A stretch of 64,000 bases of DNA from Thermodesulfobacteriota bacterium. GTDB lineage: Bacteria > Desulfobacterota_D > UBA1144 > Nemesobacterales > Nemesobacteraceae. A program made the translations under genes and the position numbers. Under the pieces are notes generated by a model, which ran no database searches, had not been told where the DNA came from, and worked only from the letters and a program-made list of their open reading frames with translations. This document shows, piece by piece, positions 48,442 through 57,256 of the stretch (position 1 is its first letter; each line of letters opens with the position of its first letter). The DNA is taken from positions 1,666,661 through 1,730,660 of the forward strand of contig OZ242379.1 in NCBI GenBank assembly GCA_965209225.1, written 5' to 3'.

Positions 48442-49755
48442 ATGAAGAATCTGGATAGTGATATTACGGTGGTATTGGTTCTGATGTTAGTTTTTATCTT
48501 GGGCGTTGTTTTTTTCCCTGCTGTTTCTGCGTATGCCGATGCTGGCGGGTCCCACGGGATTCCTCATACAACGGCAGGCGATGCCGCTTCCGCTGCTGAT
48601 GAGACTACAATGAGGAATTTCGTTCTGCATGCGAAACACCACTTGGATACTGCGGCAGAAGAAGGCGCGGTAGAGACTTCGGTGCTCCTGAGGCAGATGA
48701 GGGACAAAGAAGGGGACTGGATAGACGGGTCTGTCTATCTTATTGTAGCGCGGCAAAACGGCTACATCTGGAATCATGGAAAGGATACAAGATCCTTTCA
48801 TGGAACTTCGCTGGGCCGCCATCCAGTTGCGGAGAAACTGCTTGGCGAACTTCGCGGAGGAAGCGTTGATGCAGATCCGGTCTGCGAAGAATACACTCAT
48901 CCGGATGGATCTTTAAAATGGAGTTGCGCTGCTTTGATTAAACCCTTGCTTGCCGGGGGAGAGCCGAATCTCCTAATCGGGGGTCTTGACCACGATGATC
49001 AGTATGTAGACAGACGTGAGTGTCCGGAAGTCAACCCGGAAGTAACGGCCGAGGATGTAATCGCAGGCCAGTATGTAAGCGAAGAGCGCGGCAAGGAAGT
49101 CCAGAAGGATTTTGTAAAGGCGGCGATTCAAAGGGTTGAAAATTTGCTGACTCAGGATCCACCTACACAACAATCACAACAACTCTCACCGCTGCAATAT
49201 GTAATTAACCAGATGGCATGTTTCGGCGAAGGTCCATGGAAGTCAGGACCTATATACGTCTTTGTCATGGTCAAATATTCTGAAGGGGTTCCCACGGTGG
49301 TTTTTAACGGGAACAATCCGGAGTTAACCGGTAGTCCTTTTGAGAATGTTTTTGACGAAGATGGAGTTGACATCGGGCGGGAAATCCTTGAAGTTGCGGG
49401 AGAAGACGGAGAAGGCGGCTTTGTTAAATACAAGTGGGATAACCCTCTTATAGCGGACGACGATGTTCAGGAACCTGGCAGGTCTCCCGGCAGGTCGCCG
49501 AAAATAAGTTATGTTGAAGCGGTGGATTTCACTCAGCTTCCAGGGCTTCTGATCTTCGGTTCCGGTATTTACGGCACTCTTGAGCAAGACAGTGTGAGTA
49601 GTGACGACGGATGTGCGATTGCCGGGTCTGGCGACAACTCTCAAAGAGCTGTATTCAATCTGCTTTTGATAATGTTTTCAATGTGTTGTCTGTCTATCTT
49701 TTGGAAAGGCAGATCGAAAAAACAGAGCAAATTTAATGACGAGGTTTCCGGGTAA
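48442..49755 (+). CDS. Exported tandem Cache-like domain protein with C-terminal Cys/TM/basic anchor
   Basis: Signal peptide; W.DGSVYLIV...G...NH and WKSGPIYVFV...NPEL.G...DEDG...GGFVKYKWDNP...KISYV...FGSGIY; tail DGCAI...FNLLL-TM-KGRSKK. Confidence 0.7.
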   Translation: MKNLDSDITVVLVLMLVFILGVVFFPAVSAYADAGGSHGIPHTTAGDAASAADETTMRNFVLHAKHHLDTAAEEGAVETSVLLRQMRDKEGDWIDGSVYLIVARQNGYIWNHGKDTRSFHGTSLGRHPVAEKLLGELRGGSVDADPVCEEYTHPDGSLKWSCAALIKPLLAGGEPNLLIGGLDHDDQYVDRRECPEVNPEVTAEDVIAGQYVSEERGKEVQKDFVKAAIQRVENLLTQDPPTQQSQQLSPLQYVINQMACFGEGPWKSGPIYVFVMVKYSEGVPTVVFNGNNPELTGSPFENVFDEDGVDIGREILEVAGEDGEGGFVKYKWDNPLIADDDVQEPGRSPGRSPKISYVEAVDFTQLPGLLIFGSGIYGTLEQDSVSSDDGCAIAGSGDNSQRAVFNLLLIMFSMCCLSIFWKGRSKKQSKFNDEVSG

Positions 49756-49837
49756 TATCGGAAGCCTGAGTTGATTTGCCTGTTTCGCGATCCCGAAATA
49801 CGATGCCGCAAACCGGAGAAGAAAATAAGAAGAAAAT

Positions 49838-51161
49838 CACTAGTGTCTTGATGTTAATCAAACAATTTCAGCTGGTTATGATACACTGAGTCTGGAGACA
49901 AATCCAGTCCTTTCGTAAGTAACTGATTTAACGGTATTTTTTCAAACAGGGTCAGGCTCAAAATCTGCAAAATTGTGTGGAAACTATGCTCAAGCCCAAG
50001 ACGTTTTTTTATGATCGCTATGAGAACATAGACTGAAACCGCTATCCATATCTGGGATTTCACGGCGTTCTCCGAGGTTCCATAGAAACTCTTGATTCTC
50101 AGGTGCTGCTTGATCCATTTGAAGAACAGTTCAACATGCCACCGATTCCGATACAGTTCACAAATGGTAATGGCAGGAAGCGAGAAGTTGTTTGTAATGA
50201 AAGTGAGGGTCTTATCACGTTCCTTATCCCGATACTTTACTGCTCGTAAGGAGTCGGGGAAATCTTTGATGCTCTTTGGGCCTGAGAGTTTAATTGTCCA
50301 GTCGTAGATAAGTCCTGTGGAACGGTCCACCTTGTGGGATTTAATCCGGCGGTACTTGGTGTTCTTTTTGGCTCGCAGAACAAAGAAGCACATTGACTGG
50401 TGGAGGCGATACAGGCGGGTGAAGTCAAGGTAGGCTCTGTCCATAACATAAAAGGCTCCGGGTTCGAGAATGATTCTGTCCAGAACATTGACATCGTGGA
50501 GTTTGCCATCGGAAATGTGAATGAAGGCAGGGATATAGCCTTGCAGATCAAGCAGTGTATGGAGTTTTACGGCTGCTTTGGTTCTTCGGAAATTAGCCCA
50601 CGAGAATAAATTGAGACAGAGGTCTATGGTCGAGTGCGTAGACAGTGTCGGGGATATCAAGCCCGTTGTCATCGTCACGATAGAGCAAGCGGGCTTTACG
50701 GATAAGGTGCTGTGCGAAATCCGCGTAGATTTGCCAGTTGCGATTTCTGTTTGCGACAGCAAGAGTACTGCGTGATATGCCGCTTGAGATTCCCATGTGA
50801 TAGAGTTTTTTTGCTTGGGGCGCGCAGGCAGGTTTCTACGTCGCGAAGGCTATCTCTGTAGGCAAGCTGTGCAAAGGCCATACAGCGATACTGCTCCGCG
50901 CAGAAGAACGATTTGACTTTGTGATTGCCGTTATAACGTTTTACGTATCTATGGAAAGTATCCCACGGAAGATGCTCCATGAGCTGAGAGAAAACCAGTT
51001 TCCCCGTGTACATGATATCTGCCTCCTGTTATGCTGATAGATACAGGTATCATGGGAAAGTGAACTTTAAACTTCAAGTCCGACGCATCCTTTAACGGCT
51101 GTTTTATCTTTGTAGTCAGGTGGTTACAACACACTCAGCTCAAAACGTCGGGACAGTAGTG
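49838..51161 (-). mobile_element. IS4-family insertion sequence
   Basis: 18-bp TIRs cactagtgtcttgatgtt / cactactgtcccgacgtt (14/18); 9-bp TSD gaagaaaat at 49829-49837 and 51162-51170. Confidence 0.92.
49854..51013 (-). pseudogene. IS4 transposase (DUF4372 + DDE), split by two frameshifts
   Basis: Homologous parts lie in three frames (50696-51013, 50593-50796, 49854-about 50630); YRNRWHVELFFKWIKQHL. Confidence 0.88.
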
Positions 51162-51358
51162 GAAGAAAATAAAGAGTTGCGGTCTTGGCCGCATTTATGA
51201 TATATCACTTTGTAAGGGTGGTGGCAGGAGATATTGGTTCTGTAAGTAGCCGTCAGGGGGACATTGTGACGTAGATCACCGGTAAAAACTATCCCCCTGC
51301 TCCGCCACCTCCCTGTTCAGAGTGACGAAAAAATAAAAAATACGGAGGTGTAATCAAA

Positions 51359-52774
51359 ATGCGTGAGACGGTTGCAAGTCTGTTTTTTGCCTTGTTGTTC
51401 GTTTTTTCTTTTAGTGTCGAGGCATCCGCTCATGAGGGCGATCACGATGAGAGCAGTGGTAAAACCGCGGAAGGTATTGCTGACCTCACAAGTGAAGAGG
51501 AATTGAAGGCTTTTCTTGCCCACATAGAAGAGTATTACAAGCAGAGAGAAGACGACACCCCCGGGACGCTGGCTGTGCTGCGCAGGGCACTCAGGGAGCA
51601 GGGAGAGTATGCAGATTTCGAGAGAGACATATACTTATTCAGCATAAACCAAAGGGGCACTGTAACGAATCACGCAAAATATCCCGAGTTTCTGGGTTAC
51701 AAATTCAATCGGGAATCGGATTCTGAGATAGCACAAGTAATAGAATATTTCATTAACCAGCCACATATTGTTCCTATTCCGGGCGGAGATTTTACCAGGA
51801 CCGGGATGAAGGTATGCAGAAGATACGGCGATGAGAAGCCGGGGTACGATAACCGGAAGCGGATAGCCTGCGCGGTGAATGCACTCATTTCCACAGGACC
51901 GGAAACGATCATAGTTGGTCTGCACCATGAGAGGGAGGAAAGAGTTTTTACGCCTCCTGACTGCTCCGGGTTTGAGCTCGGTACTCCTGCTGAGGATGTG
52001 TTTGAAGACCCGAGTGACGGCAAGCTTGAAGCCTATGTAAAAGGGGTTATAAGGGTAGCGCAGCAGCAGATGAGAGATGCGGGAAGAGAGTGGATCCGCG
52101 AGACCAAAGAAGAAGGAGGGCAAATCCCCAGAATCTTTGACGATCCAAATTCACCCGAGTCAATAAATGTTGCAAGAGCTATAACGCTGAGATTTTATGA
52201 CAAAATCTCCTGTTATGGAACCAGCGAACACCTTAAACACGGGAACATATATTCTTTTATAATGAATGCGGATCCTTCCTCCCCCACAGTGGTTATGAAC
52301 GGAAACGATCCTGATCTGAACGGAACCAATCTTGAAGCGAGGGACCCTTACCTGCCGGGAGAGCCGAAGATAGCAGATCTGTTTAGCGAAAAATTAGGGG
52401 CACCGGCCTCCGGAAATTCAGATTACGTCAACTATCACTGGGATGACCCCAGCAATTCGGACGATAACATTTCAGATTTTCTCGAAAGAGGAACAGTTCC
52501 GGGAACTTCATGCAAAAGAAGCTATATTGAGGTTGCGAATATGACCGCACTCCTCAGCGAGCTCCCTGAATTCAGAGGTGGCTCTGACTCCGAATGGCTC
52601 TGGATTTTCGGTTCAGGAACTTATCCAGGAGATGATGTATGTGAGGGTGAGGGTGATGATGACGGAGGATGTGCGATCATGGGGGCGGGACATACTTATA
52701 AGGGCGCATTGTTTAACCTGCTCCTTACGGTTTCTGTTCTTTTCTCGGTTGTTTTCCTGAAAAGGCGTGCGTAG
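51359..52774 (+). CDS. Exported tandem Cache-like domain protein with C-terminal Cys/TM/basic anchor (paralog of 48442)
   Basis: Signal peptide; IYLFSINQRGTVTNHAKYPE, IYSFIM...NGNDPDL.G, YHWDDP...KRSYIE...IFGSGTY; tail GGCAI...LFNLLL-TM-KRRA. Confidence 0.7.
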   Translation: MRETVASLFFALLFVFSFSVEASAHEGDHDESSGKTAEGIADLTSEEELKAFLAHIEEYYKQREDDTPGTLAVLRRALREQGEYADFERDIYLFSINQRGTVTNHAKYPEFLGYKFNRESDSEIAQVIEYFINQPHIVPIPGGDFTRTGMKVCRRYGDEKPGYDNRKRIACAVNALISTGPETIIVGLHHEREERVFTPPDCSGFELGTPAEDVFEDPSDGKLEAYVKGVIRVAQQQMRDAGREWIRETKEEGGQIPRIFDDPNSPESINVARAITLRFYDKISCYGTSEHLKHGNIYSFIMNADPSSPTVVMNGNDPDLNGTNLEARDPYLPGEPKIADLFSEKLGAPASGNSDYVNYHWDDPSNSDDNISDFLERGTVPGTSCKRSYIEVANMTALLSELPEFRGGSDSEWLWIFGSGTYPGDDVCEGEGDDDGGCAIMGAGHTYKGALFNLLLTVSVLFSVVFLKRRA

Positions 52775-52939
52775 GAAGCTTTGCAATACCGTCAGTTTCG
52801 GTGTTCTTCCTCGGTCGGTAAAAGGAACTTACGGAGCGGGTTTTTTGTTCGGAAGGTGAAATCTAAGCCGAACTTCACTTAGCAAATCCACAGATTGATC
52901 AATAACGACGGGACTTCCTGTCTTTCTCGTTTGGCTCGC

Positions 52940-53095
52940 TCACTTGAAAAGCTCCTTTAGGACTAGCGCGGTAATCGAGACACACAAAAGAACAAAAAAT
53001 GAGACAAAGAGGATGTTTACATAATTCAACATGTTGTCCATTTTCCGATCTAGCCGGTCGGACAACTCGTTAATGCCGGTATCTGGGTCGCTCAC
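52940..53095 (-). CDS. Small protein (51 aa) with short coiled coil and C-terminal TM helix
   Basis: GTG start with GGAGG RBS; MSDPDTGINELSDRLDRKMDNMLNYVNILFVSFFVLLCVSITALVLKELFK. Confidence 0.45.
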   Translation of the reverse strand: MSDPDTGINELSDRLDRKMDNMLNYVNILFVSFFVLLCVSITALVLKELFK

Positions 53096-53169
53096 CTTAA
53101 TTCCCTCCAATTTACATAAAAGAGATATCCGTTTATGATAATGGTGTCAACATTCGAGAGATCCCGCCC

Positions 53170-55265
53170 CACGGTCAATTCACCCTGGAGGCGCATTTTG
53201 GGGTGATATTGGGAGGCCTCGGGGCATTTTTCTTGTGGTCGTACCGGTTTTCTGCCTCAGCACTGTCCGATTTACCTGAAATCCTCCTTTTCAGACGTAG
53301 AATTCCGTCCTGAAGACGCAATTGTTCTGTAAAATCTCAGATTTTTTTGAAAATCACGGACTCTTCGCAGGAAATCCCCTCAGGGCGAGAGTCCTATAGC
53401 GCGCAACGCTTCCTCTCTGTTTTCCGAAAAGTGCTGAGCGGCCCTGGGAACACTCTTGAACTTCCTTTTCTGCCCCAGTATCACCGCAAGCGCTATGTTG
53501 TTGCACACAGCGTTGTTCGCAGGCCCATTGTTCACGCGCGTCGTGCTTCCGTCCTCACCGAAAGTGACGTCACGGCGATAGTGGTTCTTGCTCTCCACCG
53601 CCCAGTGTCCCCTGTTCCACTCAAGCAGCTGCTGCGGGGGAGCCCCCTCGGTGTCCACGGACGTAATCCCGTAGGCGTATTCCAGACTCTCTTTTTGCGT
53701 CTTTACGTCTTTTGACCAGCGTCTCACCTTGAAAACCTGCTTTACGTGCGGATAGTCAGTCAGGCGGAAGTACGAATTCATAACCACTATCGAACGCTGC
53801 TCTATTCTTCCGTGCCCCTTGCTCAGCTTCTCCGTAAAATGCCCCGTAGCGTCATTCTTCCAGTCAAGCGCTCTGAGTCTCTCGTACGCCAAAGAACTGT
53901 TGCCTTTAACCGTGAACATGTAGTCCGCCTTATGGGTCCTGACAATCACATCAGCGGTCTTTTTCGTTGTGTGCAGAGCGTCAAGGGTTATCACTTTCCC
54001 CTCAACGCTTGCCTCCTCAAGCAAGGCGAGCACCGCCGCCACCTCTCCTCCCTCATCTCTGAGATCAAGACTCCCAAGAGGCATTCCGCTTACGTGATCA
54101 ACCAGGGTTACCACCTCATAGTGATTCTCCCCGTTTCTGTTTGCCCCGCGTATTCTCTTGCCGTCAATCGCCACTGCCTTGGCAAGTTCCATCTGCGGCT
54201 TGGTGAAACGAGAAACCACGCTCTGGAACTTCTGGGTGTCCAGATTCTTTACCACTCTGTGCACCGTGGCTTCCGAAGGAGCTTCATATCTCTGTTTCTC
54301 CTTGTTGTACCAGGCCCCAAGCAGCGCAAGCTCCTTCTGCGAAAGACTTTTTCCATACTGCGCGGCCGAAACCGCTCCCTTGTTGCCGCATAAAACAGAG
54401 AGAATGTAAATGGACATCACACACTCCACCCTGTGCTTTCTTCCCTGACCCCTTCGGAAATCAGGTATATCCTTTAACGCCTCGTAAAGTGAAGAAAGTT
54501 CCTCATCCGAACGACGCGTAACCGCTCTTTTTGCCTTCCACTCATCCCCGAGGGAATCAGCGTTGCGAAGCATTTTCTTTGCGTTTCTGCGCAGCGGATA
54601 AACGTAGAGTTCCTTTATCTTTCCGTGAGGCTCCGTGTAACGACCGTTGGAACGGGCGTATCCCCTGGAGCGTCCAACGAACTTCCAGTTCGACGCCTTG
54701 TACATGGCTCCGTCAAAGTGAGCGGGGTCAACGAAGCTCTCGGCAAGCAGCAGGCCGTGCCCGTAGAACTCCACCCAGTCCTCACTCAGCCTTCTTGTCA
54801 TGCAGGACAGAAAGTGGGAAGCCAGATTGGGAAACTCCCCCGCTTCGCCCAGTATCAAAAACCTGGTGTTGTTCCCTATAAGGTGGAGGTTTTTGAACTG
54901 AAGCTCCTTTTTCCATTTTATCCAGCGGTCGCGGGGAGCGCACATAAAAGCTCCTGCCTGCCACGCGGCAATGCCAATCCATTGCCCATCATGCTCAGCT
55001 ACGTAGCGTATACCCCGACCAACTAACTGTTTGAAACCGAGGTAATGATGTTCGTTCATCAGCGCGTTCCACTTGGGGACCTCATCGGAACGCGCTACTC
55101 TTACTATGACCTTTGCCAGGGAGAATTCCGGGTGATCGTGTTGTGATTTGGTATCCATGTTTACAGGTTATACACGCAAACATGGAAAAAAGCCAGAGCC
55201 TTTTTTTTAACTTCCCCCAAATCTTGAATAAAATTACCCCCGATAGCTAGCGTGAAATGACCGTG
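53170..55265 (-). mobile_element. ISAs1-family insertion sequence
   Basis: TIRs cacggtcaattcac / cacggtcatttcac (13/14); 10-bp TSD gatcccgccc at 53160-53169 and 55266-55275. Confidence 0.88.
53380..55158 (-). CDS. ISAs1 transposase with N-terminal DUF4338 (DruA-like) domain
   Basis: HHYLGF...NNTRFLIL...ESFVDP..F.G.MYKASNW; DFRRGQG, AIDGK, TLDALHT, KGN, HWAVE...RDVTFGED. Confidence 0.9.
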   Translation of the reverse strand: MDTKSQHDHPEFSLAKVIVRVARSDEVPKWNALMNEHHYLGFKQLVGRGIRYVAEHDGQWIGIAAWQAGAFMCAPRDRWIKWKKELQFKNLHLIGNNTRFLILGEAGEFPNLASHFLSCMTRRLSEDWVEFYGHGLLLAESFVDPAHFDGAMYKASNWKFVGRSRGYARSNGRYTEPHGKIKELYVYPLRRNAKKMLRNADSLGDEWKAKRAVTRRSDEELSSLYEALKDIPDFRRGQGRKHRVECVMSIYILSVLCGNKGAVSAAQYGKSLSQKELALLGAWYNKEKQRYEAPSEATVHRVVKNLDTQKFQSVVSRFTKPQMELAKAVAIDGKRIRGANRNGENHYEVVTLVDHVSGMPLGSLDLRDEGGEVAAVLALLEEASVEGKVITLDALHTTKKTADVIVRTHKADYMFTVKGNSSLAYERLRALDWKNDATGHFTEKLSKGHGRIEQRSIVVMNSYFRLTDYPHVKQVFKVRRWSKDVKTQKESLEYAYGITSVDTEGAPPQQLLEWNRGHWAVESKNHYRRDVTFGEDGSTTRVNNGPANNAVCNNIALAVILGQKRKFKSVPRAAQHFSENREEALRAIGLSP

Positions 55266-55393
55266 GATCCCGCCCTGTCGGGTCTCCGTGTAATACAATA
55301 CCCGTCTGGGGAATAAACGGAACTTCAAAGTCTCTTGAATGTTGACAGGATCCGGCGCCCTTTGCGCCGGAGAATATCCTGTGGAGGTTTATC

Positions 55394-55657
55394 ATGATCA
55401 GATTGTTGGTTCTGTTTGTTGCGTTAAGCAGTCTTTTTGTGTCTGGCTGTCTTGTCGCCCAGAGAATGGGCCTTCAGAAGACGGTACAAGAGCAGATGCA
55501 GCAGGAGCGGCTTTGTCTTGAAGAGTTTAAAAGCAATGATTTCTGGGAGAAGATAGACAACAACCCTGCCTATGCGGAATGGATAGTTAAGAAATGCCCG
55601 GAGTTCCTGGACTTTTTGAAAGAGAAGAAGGATGCAAGCGCTCAAAACCATCCTTAA
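55394..55657 (+). CDS. Small hypothetical lipoprotein
   Basis: GGAGG RBS, lipobox FVSGC. Confidence 0.65.
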   Translation: MIRLLVLFVALSSLFVSGCLVAQRMGLQKTVQEQMQQERLCLEEFKSNDFWEKIDNNPAYAEWIVKKCPEFLDFLKEKKDASAQNHP

Positions 55658-55728
55658 ACAAATCGGCCGGGAACCAGCGAGCCTTGGTGTCGCTACACTT
55701 TTCACGGAGACTGTGAAAGTCGGATAAG

Positions 55729-56180
55729 ATGCCAGCATTCCAAGAAAGAATCAAAAACGATCAAATATTGCTTGAAGTCATTGTTTCCAAACCGAGAAGC
55801 AAGGAGAACTCGGAGGACGGGCAAACAAACAGCGAGTCGTTCACCGCTTTGCTCGATACCGGTGCGACAATATCCGCTGTTTCTCAAAGAGTTATAGAGA
55901 AGGTAGGAATACAGCCGATCAGTTGGATACCTGTTCAAGGTGTGCATGGTACTGAGGACAACGCGACATATTAGCTGGTTTGGGGTTACAGGTAACCGAG
56001 ATGGTTTCGGGCGGAGACACGAGGACTCAACAACGTCATACGTTTGTCAGATGGCATAATTCTGTCATGGTAATTTCCATGAAAATCAGTCCGGCAAATT
56101 TTTGATGTTCTGCTCGGAAAGCACATGTTGCGCGGATGTCATTTGACAATTCATAATGATCTTTTTATTCTCGGTGTTTA
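55729..56180 (+). pseudogene. Retropepsin-like aspartyl protease, disrupted
   Basis: ALLDTGATIS; premature stop at 55974; downstream FDVLLG...CHLTI in another frame. Confidence 0.65.
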
Positions 56181-56374
56181 TAAGGGTGATTCTTTGTCTG
56201 ACACCTGTTGGATTTCCCCTTGAAAATTTTTTGTTGAAAACCTGTTTTCTTTCTGTAATATAGTCCTTCTCCTGATTTGGGATTCAGCGGTTTTTTCCGT
56301 TTTCTCATTTGACATCCGTCCGTTATTGAGCTTATAATGATCGGATTACCCAAATTTTGGGAGAGGATGGTTTT

Positions 56375-56746
56375 ATGCCTACGATAAGCCAGTTGCTTAA
56401 CAATGGAAGAGAGACGGCCAGGAAGAAAAGCAAGGCCAGAGCTCTTCAGAGATGTCCCCAGCGAAGAGGGGTTTGCGTGAGGGTTTACACCACCACTCCG
56501 AAAAAGCCTAACTCCGCTCTCAGGAAGGTCGCCAGGATAAGGCTTACAAACGGCATAGAGGTCACGGGATACATTCCCGGAGAAGGACACACGTTGCAGG
56601 AGCATTCCGTTGTGCTCGTCAGGGGGGGCAGGGTGAAAGATCTTCCCGGAGTGAGATACCACATAGTCAGAGGAACTCTTGACTCGACGGGGGTTGAGAA
56701 CAGAAGAAACGGGAGATCCAAGTACGGAGCCAAAAGGCCTAAGTAA
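56375..56746 (+). CDS. rpsL: 30S ribosomal protein S12
   Basis: MPTISQL...[10 protein letters not shown]...VKDLPGVRY. Confidence 0.98.
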   Translation: MPTISQLLNNGRETARKKSKARALQRCPQRRGVCVRVYTTTPKKPNSALRKVARIRLTNGIEVTGYIPGEGHTLQEHSVVLVRGGRVKDLPGVRYHIVRGTLDSTGVENRRNGRSKYGAKRPK

Positions 56747-56763
56747 CGTGCGGTAAGCAGAAG

Positions 56764-57234
56764 ATGGCGAGAAAAGGTAGAGCACCAAGAAGAAAACTGG
56801 CTCCGGATTCGAGAACCGGAGACCCGATAGTCGCCAAGTTTATAAACAGCCTGATGTACGACGGCAAGAAGAGCAAGGCGGAGAAAATCTTCTATGATTC
56901 TCTCGACAGGATAAGGGAAAAAACCGGAAAAGACCCGATTGAAGTCTTTCACGACGCTCTTGACAAGGTGAGGCCTTCGGTCGAGGTAAGGTCAAGGCGC
57001 GTCGGCGGAGCCAACTACCAGGTTCCCATGGAAGTGAGTTCTTTCAGAAGGCAGTCCCTCGGGATCAGGTGGCTCATAAACTCCTCCCGCTCAAGATCAG
57101 AGAAATCGATGGTGGACAAGCTTTCTTCGGAAATAATTGACGCCCATAACAACAGGGGCAACGCCGTGAAGAAGAAAGAGGATGTTCACAGAATGGCCGA
57201 GGCCAACAGGGCCTTTGCCCACTACAGGTGGTAA
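56764..57234 (+). CDS. rpsG: 30S ribosomal protein S7
   Basis: [24 protein letters not shown]. Confidence 0.98.
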   Translation: MARKGRAPRRKLAPDSRTGDPIVAKFINSLMYDGKKSKAEKIFYDSLDRIREKTGKDPIEVFHDALDKVRPSVEVRSRRVGGANYQVPMEVSSFRRQSLGIRWLINSSRSRSEKSMVDKLSSEIIDAHNNRGNAVKKKEDVHRMAEANRAFAHYRW

Positions 57235-57256
57235 TCCCCCCGGAGGAATCAAGAAG

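Noticed and set aside
49854-51013. Programmed frameshifting in the IS4 transposase
   Set aside because: There are two separate shifts, and IS4 transposases are normally single ORFs; decay or sequencing error is more likely
53380-55158. Druantia defence system
   Set aside because: The DUF4338 domain is fused to an ISAs1 transposase inside TIRs; there is no DruE helicase or other dru gene
53381-55277. Alternative ISAs1 boundaries at CAGGGC/GCCCTG
   Set aside because: No flanking duplication was seen; the CACGG ends have longer TIRs and a perfect 10-bp TSD
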